The position numbers were made by a program, and so were the translations under genes. Shown here in pieces: positions 37,810 to 49,093 of a DNA stretch of 64,000 nucleotides. Source of the DNA: Takakia lepidozioides (lineage: Eukaryota > Plantae > Bryophyta); contig CM060731.1 in NCBI GenBank assembly GCA_030704615.1, positions 57,722,001 through 57,786,000 of the forward strand, in the 5' to 3' direction. The notes beneath the pieces were generated by a model, which saw only the letters and a program-made list of their open reading frames with translations, was not told the origin of the DNA and ran no database searches. Numbering within the stretch: position 1 is the first letter of the stretch; the number at the start of each line of letters is the position of its first letter.

Positions 37810-39185
37810 TTGAAAACCTTGCACCTCTTTGCCCTTTTCCAGGGCTGCCAGGCTTGCACATGCATTGCAAATGCACACAAACGTGATGTGGTTGGGCTTC
37901 ACCCCTTCCCCCATCATTTGATCATAGGTCTCCAAAGCCACCAACCCACATCCCTGCTGTGCATACCCTGCAAGTATCGCGTGCCAGGACACAACATCTT
38001 GTTCAACCATAGTGTTGAAAACTCCCTTCGCATCCTTGGCGTGAATCCACTTTGGATAATGTGAATGTGCACCTGCTTCCCAGCTTCCAGACCTTTAATC
38101 TTGATGCACTTAAGCAAAAGACAGACAAACGTATCTAAATCTGCTGAAATGCCTCCCACATTGGCATATATGTCCACGAGGGTATTGTTCAGAATGACAT
38201 CTGGTACAATTTTTCCAGGGCTGCCAGACTTGCACAACCATTGCAATCACACACAAACGTGATGTGGTCGAGCTTCACCCCTTCCCCCATCATTTGCTCC
38301 ACAACACCAAATCTCGTTCAGCCATACTGTCAAACACTCCCACTGCATCCTCGATGCACCCACATTTTGCATACATGTCCACGAGGGTATCGTTCAGAAC
38401 CACATCTGGTACAATTCCAACTTTTGCGATGCAACCATGCACCTCTTTACCCTTTCCAGGGCTGCTAGGCTTGCAAACGCACAGATGTGATGTGGTCGGG
38501 CTTCACCCCTTCCAACATCATTTGTTCATAGGTCTCCAAAGCCTCCATCCTGCACCCCTGCTGTGCATACCCTGCAAGCATCGCGTTCCACGACACCACA
38601 TTTCATTCAGCCATATTGTTGAACACTACCTTCGCATCCTCGATGCTCCCACATTTGGCATACATGTCCACGAGGGCATTGTTCAGAATGACATCGGGTA
38701 CAATTCCAGCCCTGACAATGTCGCCATGGGCCTCTTTGCCATTTTCCAGAGATGTTAGGCTTGCACATGGACGCACACAAAAGTGATGTGGTTGGGCTTT
38801 ACCCCTTCCCCCATCATTTGCTCATAGGTCTCAAAAGCCTCCACCCCACGTCCCTGCTGTGCATACCCTGCAAGCATTGCGCTCCACGACACCACATCTC
38901 GTTCAGCCTGCATATTGTTGTTCAAAACTGCCTTTGCATCCTTAATGCACCCACATTTGGCATACATGTCCACCAGGGCAGTGTTCAAAATGACATCTGG
39001 TACAATTCCAGCTTTGACGATGTCATCATGGACCTCTTTGCCCTTTTCCAAGGCTCCCAGGCTTGCAGACACATTGCAAACGCAAACGAATGTGATGTGG
39101 TTGGGCTTCACCCCTTCCCCTTCATTGGCTCATAGGTCTCGAAAGCCTCCACCCCACGTCCCTGCTGTGCATACCCTGCAAGCAT
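37810..39185 (-). pseudogene. Scrambled PLS-PPR pseudogene fragments
   Basis: [43 protein letters not shown] repeats with many frameshifts. An N-terminal PPR piece (GGISADLDTFVCLLLKC) is embedded at 38040-38157. Confidence 0.88.
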
Positions 39186-39231
39186 CGCGGCAGCAGCTGC
39201 AGCGACACAGTTGATAAAATCAGGCACCTCA

Positions 39232-39877
39232 ACCATGACCACAGCTTCTGGAAGAGGAGCAAGAGAGGGAGTCCATGTGAAGATGCTGGGCATGTGAAGA
39301 TGCTTTGTGAGGCAGGAAGACTGAAAGAGGCTCTACGGACTTTAAACCAAGGAGGCATTTCAGCAGATTCAGATACGTATGTGTGTCTCTTGCGTAAGTG
39401 CATCAAGATGAAAGGCCTTGAAGCTGGAAAGCAAGTGCACATTCACATTATCCAGAGTGGATTTAGCCAAATGTTTTTCTACTCAACACCCTTGTCAACA
39501 TGTATGTTAAGTGCGGGAGCATCATGGATGCTCACCAAGTGTTCAACAGAATGCCTCAACCATCTTTGATCACGTGGAATATAATGTTGGCAGGTTTACC
39601 AAGCATGGATGTGGTACGAATGCTTTGGAGACCCATGAGCAAATGATGCACGAAGGGGTGAAGCCCAACCACATCACATTCGTTTGCGTTTGCAATGGTG
39701 TGCAAGTCTGGGAGCCCTGGAAAAAGGGAATTAAGAGGTCCATGATGACATCGTCAAGGCTGGAATTGTACCAGATGTCATTCTGAACACTGCCCTGGTG
39801 GACATGTATGCCAACTGTGGGTGCATTAAGGATGCAAAGGCAGTTTTCAACAATACGCAGGCTGAACAAAATGTGGT
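39232..39877 (+). pseudogene. 5' part of a PLS-PPR gene, frameshifted and truncated
   Basis: VKMLCEAGRLKEALRTLNQGGISADSDTYVCLLRKC...GKQVHIHIIQSGF, then LVNMYVKCGSIMDAHQVFNRMP and further triplets in shifting frames. Confidence 0.88.
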
Positions 39878-40861
39878 ATGCATGCAGGTTTCTTGTAGCT
39901 ATTGATCCACATGGAATTATACGTAATCTTGTGCTTGAAATCTGGTCCTCTTGGATGAATCTGGCCCCACACTCTATCCCTTCTCCTTCAGCTATCCATG
40001 CCTCTGCACAAATCATGCATTCATCTTTGCCCTTGTTGCTAGCAGCGGATAATGACAGCCTAGATTTGTTCTAGGAAACACCTAATCACACTAGTTCCTA
40101 TGCTGAATTGCGTCCGCTACTCTCTGTCATCTAACAGGCATTCAACTTTTTGCTTCGGTTGTCCCACCATTGACTGGGGTCAGAATTCAACATGGAAATT
40201 TAGGGCTGATCATGATTATATCCTCAACCTTGCTGCTAGCAGCTGACACTGACGGCGTGAAATTCTTCTAGAAACACGGCCTGCTAAGACCAAGCTGACT
40301 GTCCCAAGAACCTTGTAAACATTAGGAAGAATACCAAATCATGGTACTAACAGGAGTAGAGAGCCCACATTTGTTTGCAGGATGGACAAACTTCTTCACA
40401 TCGTACATTAAACAAAAACCACACCTTGCGATTGCGGTTGTCCCACCATTGTGCAAATTCCTGTGAGAGCTCCTGCGGTGAGCTTCTGCGATGTACTCAT
40501 AATCTGCAAATGGAAATGTCTCAATCTGCGATCGGACGCGGGGGCATCATCCTCCCTTCCCCGCGCACATTTCTCCCGGTTTATTTTTCTTTATTTTTCG
40601 GTTATTTTTGGGCAGTCTGGGTAGGTAGAAAAAACTTGACGACGTACGAAACGTGGCTACGACAGGTGGCAACGAAACGTGGCGACGATGATGTGGCACT
40701 ATGGCACCCTATTCCTGCTCTACGCTAAACTAGCTCTCGACCTTCGGTGGTCGCTAGAATGACATATTTACTATTCATGAATTTATACTGAAAAAGAAAA
40801 AACCACACAAGGTTATGTCTGTCGGAGAAATCAATAATAACCCCCCTCCTCTAGGGCCTAA

Positions 40862-40979
40862 TTGTGAATTGTCGCTCCCAGGTTTCCTTTTCAAAAACTA
40901 AAAAAAGAAAGAAAAAGAAAAAAAGTTTTCTTTTTGTAATTTCTTGTAAAGGAAGACACCTGGGAGCAACCACTCACAA
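40862..40979. mobile_element. Small foldback/MITE-like element
   Basis: Inverted arms ttgtgaattgtcgctcccaggtttccttt / aaaggaagacacctgggagcaaccactcacaa around an A/T-rich spacer; a related arm occurs at about 33265-33315. Confidence 0.55.
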
Positions 40980-41042
40980 ATCAATCCCTTTCATTGCCTT
41001 AATCACAATGAAAGAACTTTGACAAGGCCAGGCATTGGGCAT

Positions 41043-41489
41043 TGGGATCGCGGATGACATGCCAGCTTTTCAGTTTTAAAATGAAACTGTTACTTGCTTA
41101 GAGGAGACTAAACTATGATATATATGAGATGAAATCTTGACCTCTCTTCTGCTCAGTTATTCAGACATTGTTAGACGGCAATGATCAGATCGCATGATAT
41201 CATGAGAAACAGGTCGCCCTTGCAATCCCACATTGGGACAACCCAGAAGCTACCAACAAGTAGCTTGAGAGAACTAGCAATCCACCTCTGCTCCTTCAGT
41301 TTCTAAAACAGAAAAGGTCGAGATTGCAACACTACTGCTACATCTCATTTGCTAATTAAATGGGGACAAAAAGATTTGATTTGTAAATATTTTCCAAACT
41401 GGTCACTCTTTAGTGAATGTACATATATCAATAGCATGTATCTAGATATTAAAAAGAAAAACCAGAAATAAAACTATTTTACAGGTACA
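41043..41489 (+). repeat. Dispersed copy of the kinase gene exon 8 end plus intron 8 (23042-23417)
   Basis: Colinear match from 'tgggatcgcggatgacatg' to 'tattttacaggtaca'. Confidence 0.9.
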
Positions 41490-41891
41490 TGTGAGTCCAA
41501 TCCAGGCTTCGTTTTTGGGTCAAGTGCTACAGTAGCAAGCAAGTCAGACACTATGGGGATAGCTGCCTTAACGAATGGGGGATGCACCTATGGAAGAAGG
41601 GAGACGGATCAAGGTTAACACAGGTTCACGATCGCTCTCAACAAGATCACTAGTCCAACACATGTGTTGTTGGTTGATCTCCCCATACCGAAAAATTAAA
41701 GACCAGACAGAAACTTAAAACGATGAGGTTTATACTTACCAAATACCACAAAACAAATGTCCGATGGATGGTAGGACGAGTTTTGCCTCGCCTGAAGGCA
41801 GAACGCCAACTACCTCAATTGAAGGATGAGAGGTCCCACATACTGTTTTATATCGATTTTCAACGGACAGATATATAGTATATATGCGTGT

Positions 41892-42090
41892 AAGAGTTTT
41901 ATTGATGGGAAATACTGATACTTGACCCTCATTTCGGACCCGACTATCTTGATTGTTGCATACCAACGCCTGGAGTCAGAACTGGGAGACATGTCCATGG
42001 GAAGGAGACCCTAGAAGGAATTAACTAGTATGAGATGGATCAACCATACTTCCAAAAACGTAATTAGAAGGGTACCTTCAAATTAAAAAC
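41892..42090 (+). pseudogene. Decayed group II intron reverse transcriptase/maturase fragment (RT0 region)
   Basis: IDGKY*YLTLISDPTILIVAYQRLESELGDMSMG / ETLEGIN / WINHTSK / GTFKLK across frameshifts. This follows the recalled organellar maturase RT0 pattern LISDP..L..AY..IKS.PGNMT.G...ETLDGI...W.......G.FKF.P. Confidence 0.65.
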
Positions 42091-43658
42091 CTCTCCATTC
42101 AGCAGTCTGGAGGCCCCCCTCCCACACTTTTGGACCCCCTCAAATTGAAGTCCGCACGTCAATTGGGATATATGTATATAACAACATTCTAATTTCTGAC
42201 TGGGTAATGTTCTTTGCGTGGCCCCACCTCTATCACACGACCTGATCTGGGAGGCTCTGGATCTTCATGCCACACTCCTATGTCCAGCACACACCTAAGT
42301 ATACCGACAGTCACTCCACCTTCCAAAATTGGACGTTTGTGCTGTGGGGGCCGCAAGATCTAACCTAGTAAGAGCTCGACACCGACAACCTCATACATAT
42401 CCTCAAATACGAAAGAATTTGTAAGGTGGAGCGTGCATTGAAATCGAGATACACGAATACAAACGATGGTAGATGGTAGATACCCTAACGATCCTGCACT
42501 GGACTCTTCACCCAACGTTGTCGGTGAGGATGAACACAACGTTGAATCCAAAGATTCGGCAGCTTATTCAGGTCGGTAGATTTGTCGTCGCAGAAAGTAT
42601 CGATGCTTGTGATGAATGCCGTCACATTGAGCCGATGCAAAACTGCGAGATCTGATCAATCCGAGAATGAGTTCATTGTCTTGTATCATCGAAGAACATT
42701 CAGACACGATATTATGACACGCGTACGGCTGAGCATAAAGAGCACTGATCATAAAGAGCATTGATTGCAGGCGGCTTTATTGCGGCAGCATGCCGGAAAC
42801 CGGCAGTGGCTGGGCTGCTCCGGCGTCCCTTCGCGGCTCGCGGGCCCGCCCTCTGCCACTCGTACCCATCGCGTTGACGTGCTCCACGGTCATTGAATGG
42901 ATGAACTTTGGCCTGGATCATTCATCCATCAGAGGTCTCTCTTACGGGAGTGACGTGACACCAACAAAGTTAAAAATTAAAATGCTCTGGCTCTTCGAAT
43001 CGGGATCTGGTTTTAACTAGGGTCCATAATAGGTTTTTATGTTTTAATTAAATCAGAAAATGGACATAGGTCTCAGCTTTATCAGGCGTCAATGGTTATT
43101 TCTTCCAGAGCAGTTGTCTTTATCAATAGAGAAAGAAAAGAAAAAAATCTTTATCAATAGAACAAAGACTGATAAGAAACAAAATATAACCAACATGATG
43201 CCCTTTTCAAAAATTCAAAATGCCCCTCAACATACTTGGTCAAAGAAAATAAAGGTTTTTTTCAAACCAGAAAAAATAAGAAAACTTTCCCAAAAAACCA
43301 ATATAATCTCTCAAACTCAACGGAGAAAATTCCTAAAATTTTGGGAGCCGTTGGAGAGGCCAGGTAGGTAGGTATGTGTAGGGTCAATTTTGTGGATGAT
43401 GCTGGTAGGTGGTTAGCCTCCCGTTAGCTCCAAGGGGTAGTAATTTTTGGGAGTGAAAAAATTCACTTTGTAGGAAGTTAAGGGTTAACATTCCAAAAGC
43501 AGCTTCAATTTAGAGGAGGGATGTGGAGTTCTTTGGGTGACTGGTGAGATGCCTTTGATTGCGTCGAGGAACAAGGAAGATACATTATTAGGGATACATT
43601 TTCTGGAAGAGATGTGACAAATGTAGATATAAAGTAGCCAAATCTGTCACCTCATTTA

Positions 43659-44197
43659 GGCCCCCGCCTCACCAGCCTGCTACCGCCTGCTAACCTCCTA
43701 CTAACTACTGCTATATAGAAAATTGCAGCCGCACTGACATGTTTAAAATGTTTTAGCCATAACTATAGTTATCTATCCTAAAAACTTCCTTCCTACTTTA
43801 GAGCGAATCTAGCACTACCCCCCCTAGTGCTAAATCTAAACAGACGCGCCATTTTTGGGCAGCTGCCCGCGCCATTCTCTGCCATCGCCATTCCCATTCG
43901 GCATTGAAAGCTGCTAGTAATGTGCAGCATTGTGCTCCTGGCCCAAATGTGCTCCTGGCTCGTGATCTTGTCTCGTTGTTGCTCCTTTGGCTATGGCGAA
44001 AAAGAAGGAGGCGCGAGAAAATGGCGAGAGGAAGTCGGGCAGGGGAACGCATGTTTAAAGCTAACAATATGCACTTAAAACATGTTAAGCTAAAATGTTG
44101 GTTCGGAGGGATATTGTTAGTTGGAGCAGCTGTTATGAAAACGGGCCTGCTAACCGTTAGCAGGTGTTCTACGCTAACAGCCCGGTGCGGCGGGGGC
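43659..44197. mobile_element. Tourist/PIF-Harbinger-like MITE (539 bp)
   Basis: TIRs GGCCCCCGCCTCACC / GGTGCGGCGGGGGC flanked by TTA on both sides (43656-58 and 44198-200); internal 'cctgcta' sub-repeats. Confidence 0.75.
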
Positions 44198-46019
44198 TTA
44201 GACTCTATAAAAATCTGGTGAGGGTGCATATTTGCATCCAATTGAAGTGCAGCAGACTTATATGCACATAGATTAAGGTATCAAAAAGTAAGAGTCACAA
44301 ACTAGATATGTGGGGCTGCATAGGTCCATAGTGCAATGGAATATAATGGTGATGAGTCTGACGCACGTAAAGCAAGATCGAAGGCCCAACTTTCGTTCGA
44401 GCCTGTTCGTTGTAGTTTTCTGATAGGCTCTACCTCTGTTACTCCTGGTCACGGGGCTGTTTGTCCCCTCTATCAGCCTCCATGGCGAGGTTATTTTTTC
44501 CTCTTTTAATATATTGGCCTGGCCCTTTTTGCAAAAAAATAAAAAATAAAAAATATAATCATGTTGGTTGACGACAACATCTGCAAATGCACTATTATGT
44601 TTGACATTAAGATCAAACAGTCTCTACTGGTGGACTGAAATATCGATTTGTAGATGTCATTTGTCAATGAGAACCAGAATAAATAAAATATTTGCTCCAC
44701 CTCTTCGATTCCTGGTAGCCTTTGGAAATAGCATAGAGCACCATAGCAATCCACATTAGTTATTATCCATTCAGTTAGGTAAGAAGGCTCCAGATGTATA
44801 AAATTTTAACGTAGATAGAAAACAACCAATAAAGGAGGCTCTTTCAAAACATTCGTTGATGTAAGACAAGCACCATTTTTTAGCTCTGCATACTATATAA
44901 AGCATACAGCTCCTTTCCTTCTTCCATTTCTTTTGCAGCACGTTTTCATGAGCTGCAACTGAGGTTGACCAAAATCTTTCAAACAATAACCTAGCATTCT
45001 TTTCCAGAGATCTTGTCTGAGTTTCTTAGACACAGCGCAAGGTAGTTATTTTTTCAACCTCCTGCAATACATTATGGGTTTTTCTCAGATTCCAAAAAAA
45101 AAATCATTCTTCACCATTCAAGAATAGGCCACCCGTTAGGAATCTATCACGCTTCTTCCGGCTCCTTGCTCTTCTTCTTCTCTCTTGACCACCTCGTGAC
45201 AGATTAGCTCGGCGAGGTTTCTCCCGAGAATTTCTCTCCACACGTAAGTTCAACGATACTGATTGATCAGTTTCGTACATGAATGGAGAGTGTTGGTGCA
45301 CCTGCGACCCTGCCTCGTACAACCACCTGACCTGCAGCGCTCCTGCCTTCCAGGTCCCAAGCGTCTAAAGTGCAGTGAAAAGGGATGAGGAAAGTCGGGA
45401 TGGAGACACTAGCAAATCTTGAAACCACGACTCCGGTATGGATAGTCAAGGGGGGCCCCACGATAAACTGGAAGATACTTTAGCATATCCGGATCTAACT
45501 CAAAGCCAAGTACGGTTCAGCTTGTTAATTTCCTGTCGTGCTGGGTTATGAAGATTTGGTTTACTTCTGATCTTGTCGTTGTTGCTCTCTGTACAGATGG
45601 CATTTTTGCTGAGTGATGAACTGTTCCTCCTTGTTCACTCCTTCATTCCAGAGGGTTTTTCCATAGGCCCCCAATCGATCAGGCTCTTGTGGTTGTAGTG
45701 GTTCGTGCTAAAATTTTATGGGTTTCATTTGTAGTTGATTCCATGTTGCTCCAGAAGAGTCGAGCGCTTGAAAGTAGTATGCCTGTATGATTGGTTTCCA
45801 TCTTTGACATCTCTCAAGGTGGCAGACTCCCCATGGCATTCGATTATTCTTCCTCTCCACTTCTGTTCTTTAAAGACCGTTTGTAGACCTTCTAAAACGT
45901 TTGAAGAAATTCCTTGTGTGCTGGCACTAGGCATCTGTATTGGTCGTTCAGTAACGGTATCTGCAACCTCAGCCGATTTGCCGTTTTAGCCTTCATTCTG
46001 GACCCAAAACCTCAGCAAC

Positions 46020-49000
46020 ATGTCGCTTCCTTCTCCCGGGCTCACGCGCAGCGCAGTGCTGAGATTTGCGCGTTCTCCAAGCTCACCGCTGCCTGAGAAG
46101 ACGTCGCCTTCTGTTGCTCCAATGCGCTCCCCGTCGGTGGGTGAGGAACGCACAGAGTGTAATTCGTCGCCAAGCAGCTTTAGAGATACGCGTAGCATCC
46201 TGGTAGTGATGGATGCAAACAAGGATCTTGAGAACAGCGTCGTGCAACATGCCCTCGCTCGTGTGGCTAGTGCTGGCGACGTAGTGACCGTTCTGGGGGT
46301 ATTTGATGAAATGATAACTCCAAGTAGGTAGTGCAAAATCCCTTCCTAAGTCCTCAGTTTATATATTTGCATGATTGCTACCTGGAATATATTATGGTTC
46401 TCGGAATCCAAATCAATCTTCCTTCTACAGCAGCTGGTAAAGTTGATATGATGCTATCATAATTAATTTAACAGAGGTAGGAAGGACACCATGAAAAAGA
46501 GATCTCTCTCCCTCATTCTCTAGCTTACGTGGGCACTCAAAGGAGCGGATTTGTTAGCTTGAGTGTGCCATGTACTTGAGGAGACTGGGAAGGTCTTTTT
46601 CAAGGCACTTGCATTACTGCCCTCTGTCTGCACACAGGATGAATGGCCTTAATACTCCGTGCTTGAGAGTTATGCTTCAGACTCAAATTCGTTTCGTACT
46701 CTGACTATGAGACATATGTTGAAGGAAGATCTATACTGTAGTGCCATACTCATGTCACTGCTTTGACCTTGCTAGCCTTGTATAGTGTAGGTGAGTGTTG
46801 TTTGTACTTACGGGATATTGCAATACGGTGCATGGAATCTGCAGTGGGCTACAAAATCCGAGCAGATGCGAAGTTATTCCGAGGAGTGAACTACAGGTCG
46901 CTGAAAGAAGAGATGGAGATAAAGTTGAGGGTGTTTGAGAGGATATTTGGACATCTACATGTAAAGAGCTTGAAGTATGGGGTAATTTCCCTCTCTTTGT
47001 GTGTTGGCCTGTATTTGTTTCCTTTATGTTTTCTCTTTTATTAAAGAGAAAGGTGCAAAAACCCCCTCCATCTCTTGGAGCTTCTTGTGGATGTTATAAC
47101 GTTTCTTTCATTTCTGCAGACGTTATAAAGTACCATTTCATTTCATTTCATTTCTCACTTATATACCCAGAAAAATCACAAATGAGTACATATAGATACA
47201 CATCTACTCTCTCACTCTTTTCTCACCAGTGGGTTGGCTTTTGCAGATTAATTTGCAGGTGAGAATTGGGGCAGGACCCAGCACAGGTGTTGTGACAGTG
47301 GGTGAAGCATTGGGCCTTGGAGCAACTTGGATCATACTGGGCAGGTGTATGTGTGTCTCTCTCTCATGATGTAGGCTCAAGAATCTACAGCATGGTCAAT
47401 CACTGTCTTATGCCTAGAGAGTCGTCATCACGTCCATGGAAATCAGTAGACTGTGATATTTTCTAGGTTCAGAAATGGCAGAGCGACTCTAGATGAGCCT
47501 GAACGAGGTGCTAAAATGACATCACAGCTGTCCGGTCAATACATGTTAATGTGTTTGTCGATGGACCCTGAGACAAAAGCCTTCCCAGTGAAAGGCTAGT
47601 CTTGCACATTAAGATTAGTGGCAATGATGAATTTTGGTGGTCAAACTATAGATGCCGATTTCGGCATGTAACTGTTAGGTGAGCAGGTGAAACCTGATTT
47701 CGGAGCCTTAGTACTTAACCCTACAAGGTTTTTAAACATCTTTCAGATGTTTGTTGAAGAAGCAAACTCTCTAGGAACCCTTCCAGCCTTTCCTGCATCC
47801 TCATCCAATAAGAAAGCTTCATGTGGCATTCCTTTGCCGAACTGCAAATGGAAAACATGATATCCACATGTATTGTCAAATGTAGCCAGCCCAATACAGG
47901 CTGACGAACCATTCAACACCTTGATGGGATACACGGGCCTATGCGATCTATCAACCAGCAGAACTACTAGAAAACATGTCAGAAACTTTAATTGACAGTC
48001 AGTTGCCAAGGCTCACTGGCCCTTGCAATTGTAGTTAATCTGCCAATGATGAGCATGCTCAAAAAATGCAAGTGTCTCTTTCTATAGGTCCTGTAAGTAA
48101 AGCTGGTGAATTTGGACGCCTCGCTCAGTATCCATCATTTTGTAGCTTGTATCTGAAATGGCCAGTGGGTATGTTAATTGTCTGTCTGTTACAGGAACAT
48201 GAGGACACAAAGCAAGTTCATTCTTGAACACACACGTTGTGGAGTAGTAACTATGGAGAGCAACAACAAGCCTGCAATGCTTCGCATTTACAGCCCTCCT
48301 AACCCACTCGAGTTCTTCCAAACATCACCAGAGGAGATTGCGTCAGACAGTTTCTCCTCAGATGATAGTGAGAGCACTGGGGTACTGGAGCAGGACTTGT
48401 ATCAGGGCTCATTTGACAATGTACCTTATGTGTCTGCCACACTTTACTGGTCCAAGTAGCCACTGACCGCGAGACGTTGAGTATTGAGGTTACTGTTGCC
48501 TAACTACTGTAAATTTTGCTAAGAGCCTTGCAGCTCCACAGTTGAGTATTGAGGTTATTGTTGCCTACGTACTGTAAATTTTGTTATGAGCCTTGCAGCT
48601 CCACTGTTGAGTATTGAGGTTATTGTTGCCTAACTACTGTAAATATTGCTAAGAGCCTTACAGCTCCACTGTCAGTATACTACGACTTGTTTACATGCAG
48701 AGTAGTACATATGCGCAAACAAATGTTTGTGATCCATAGAGCTTGCCACATCATTCAACATCCTGTGTGTTCTGAATATGAAAGCTACAAAGCTGTGAAC
48801 ATACTCCCCCCATCTGAACTGAATGCAGTCTGCTCCTATGAAAGAGGTATGTGTCAACAAGCTGGCATCAACAAGATTTTTGGACTTAGCCTGAAGGCAG
48901 TGCAGATGAATATGAAAGGTCTACAGAGACAGGAAATTGTTGCAAAGGTCTGTGCCCCAAATCCCTAACAAAGTTTTCTTTTATGCTGTAGGACATTGAC

Positions 49001-49093
49001 TGGATTGAAACTATAATGAAGTATGATGGTCCTGGGGCCAAAATCTTTGATGAAAGCTTGAACAAGTCAAGACACGGCACAAACTATGGATGA
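46020..49093 (+). CDS. USP-like (adenine nucleotide alpha-hydrolase-like) domain protein related to the N-terminus of plant USP-domain receptor-like cytoplasmic kinases; no kinase domain
   Basis: In-phase exons 46020-46323, 46845-46981, 47247-47344, 48195-48420, 48992-49093. Motifs: ILVVMDANKD..VVQHALARVASAGDVVTVLGV...TPMGYKI, INLQVRIGAG, ALGLGATWIILGRNMR...FILEHTRCGVVTM. The last exon is less certain. Confidence 0.8.
47105..47156 (+). mobile_element. Minimal 3' tip of the (TTTCA)n-tailed LINE family, copy 4
   Basis: tttctgcagacgttataaagtaccatttcatttcatttcatttctc matches the ends of copies 2 and 3. Confidence 0.75.
48476..48672. repeat. Intronic minisatellite, 65-66 bp x3
   Basis: gttgagtattgaggtta.tgttgccta..tactgtaaat.ttg...gagcctt.cagctccac repeated head-to-tail. 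Confidence 0.95.

Noticed and set aside
42712-42921. 'RDGYEW' as a WRKY or CG-1 fragment
   Set aside because: No WRKYGQK or other supporting residues.
48476-48672. CRISPR-like array (also 30193-30392 and 62007-62114)
   Set aside because: Head-to-tail repeats with no unique spacers, no cas genes, and a eukaryotic context.
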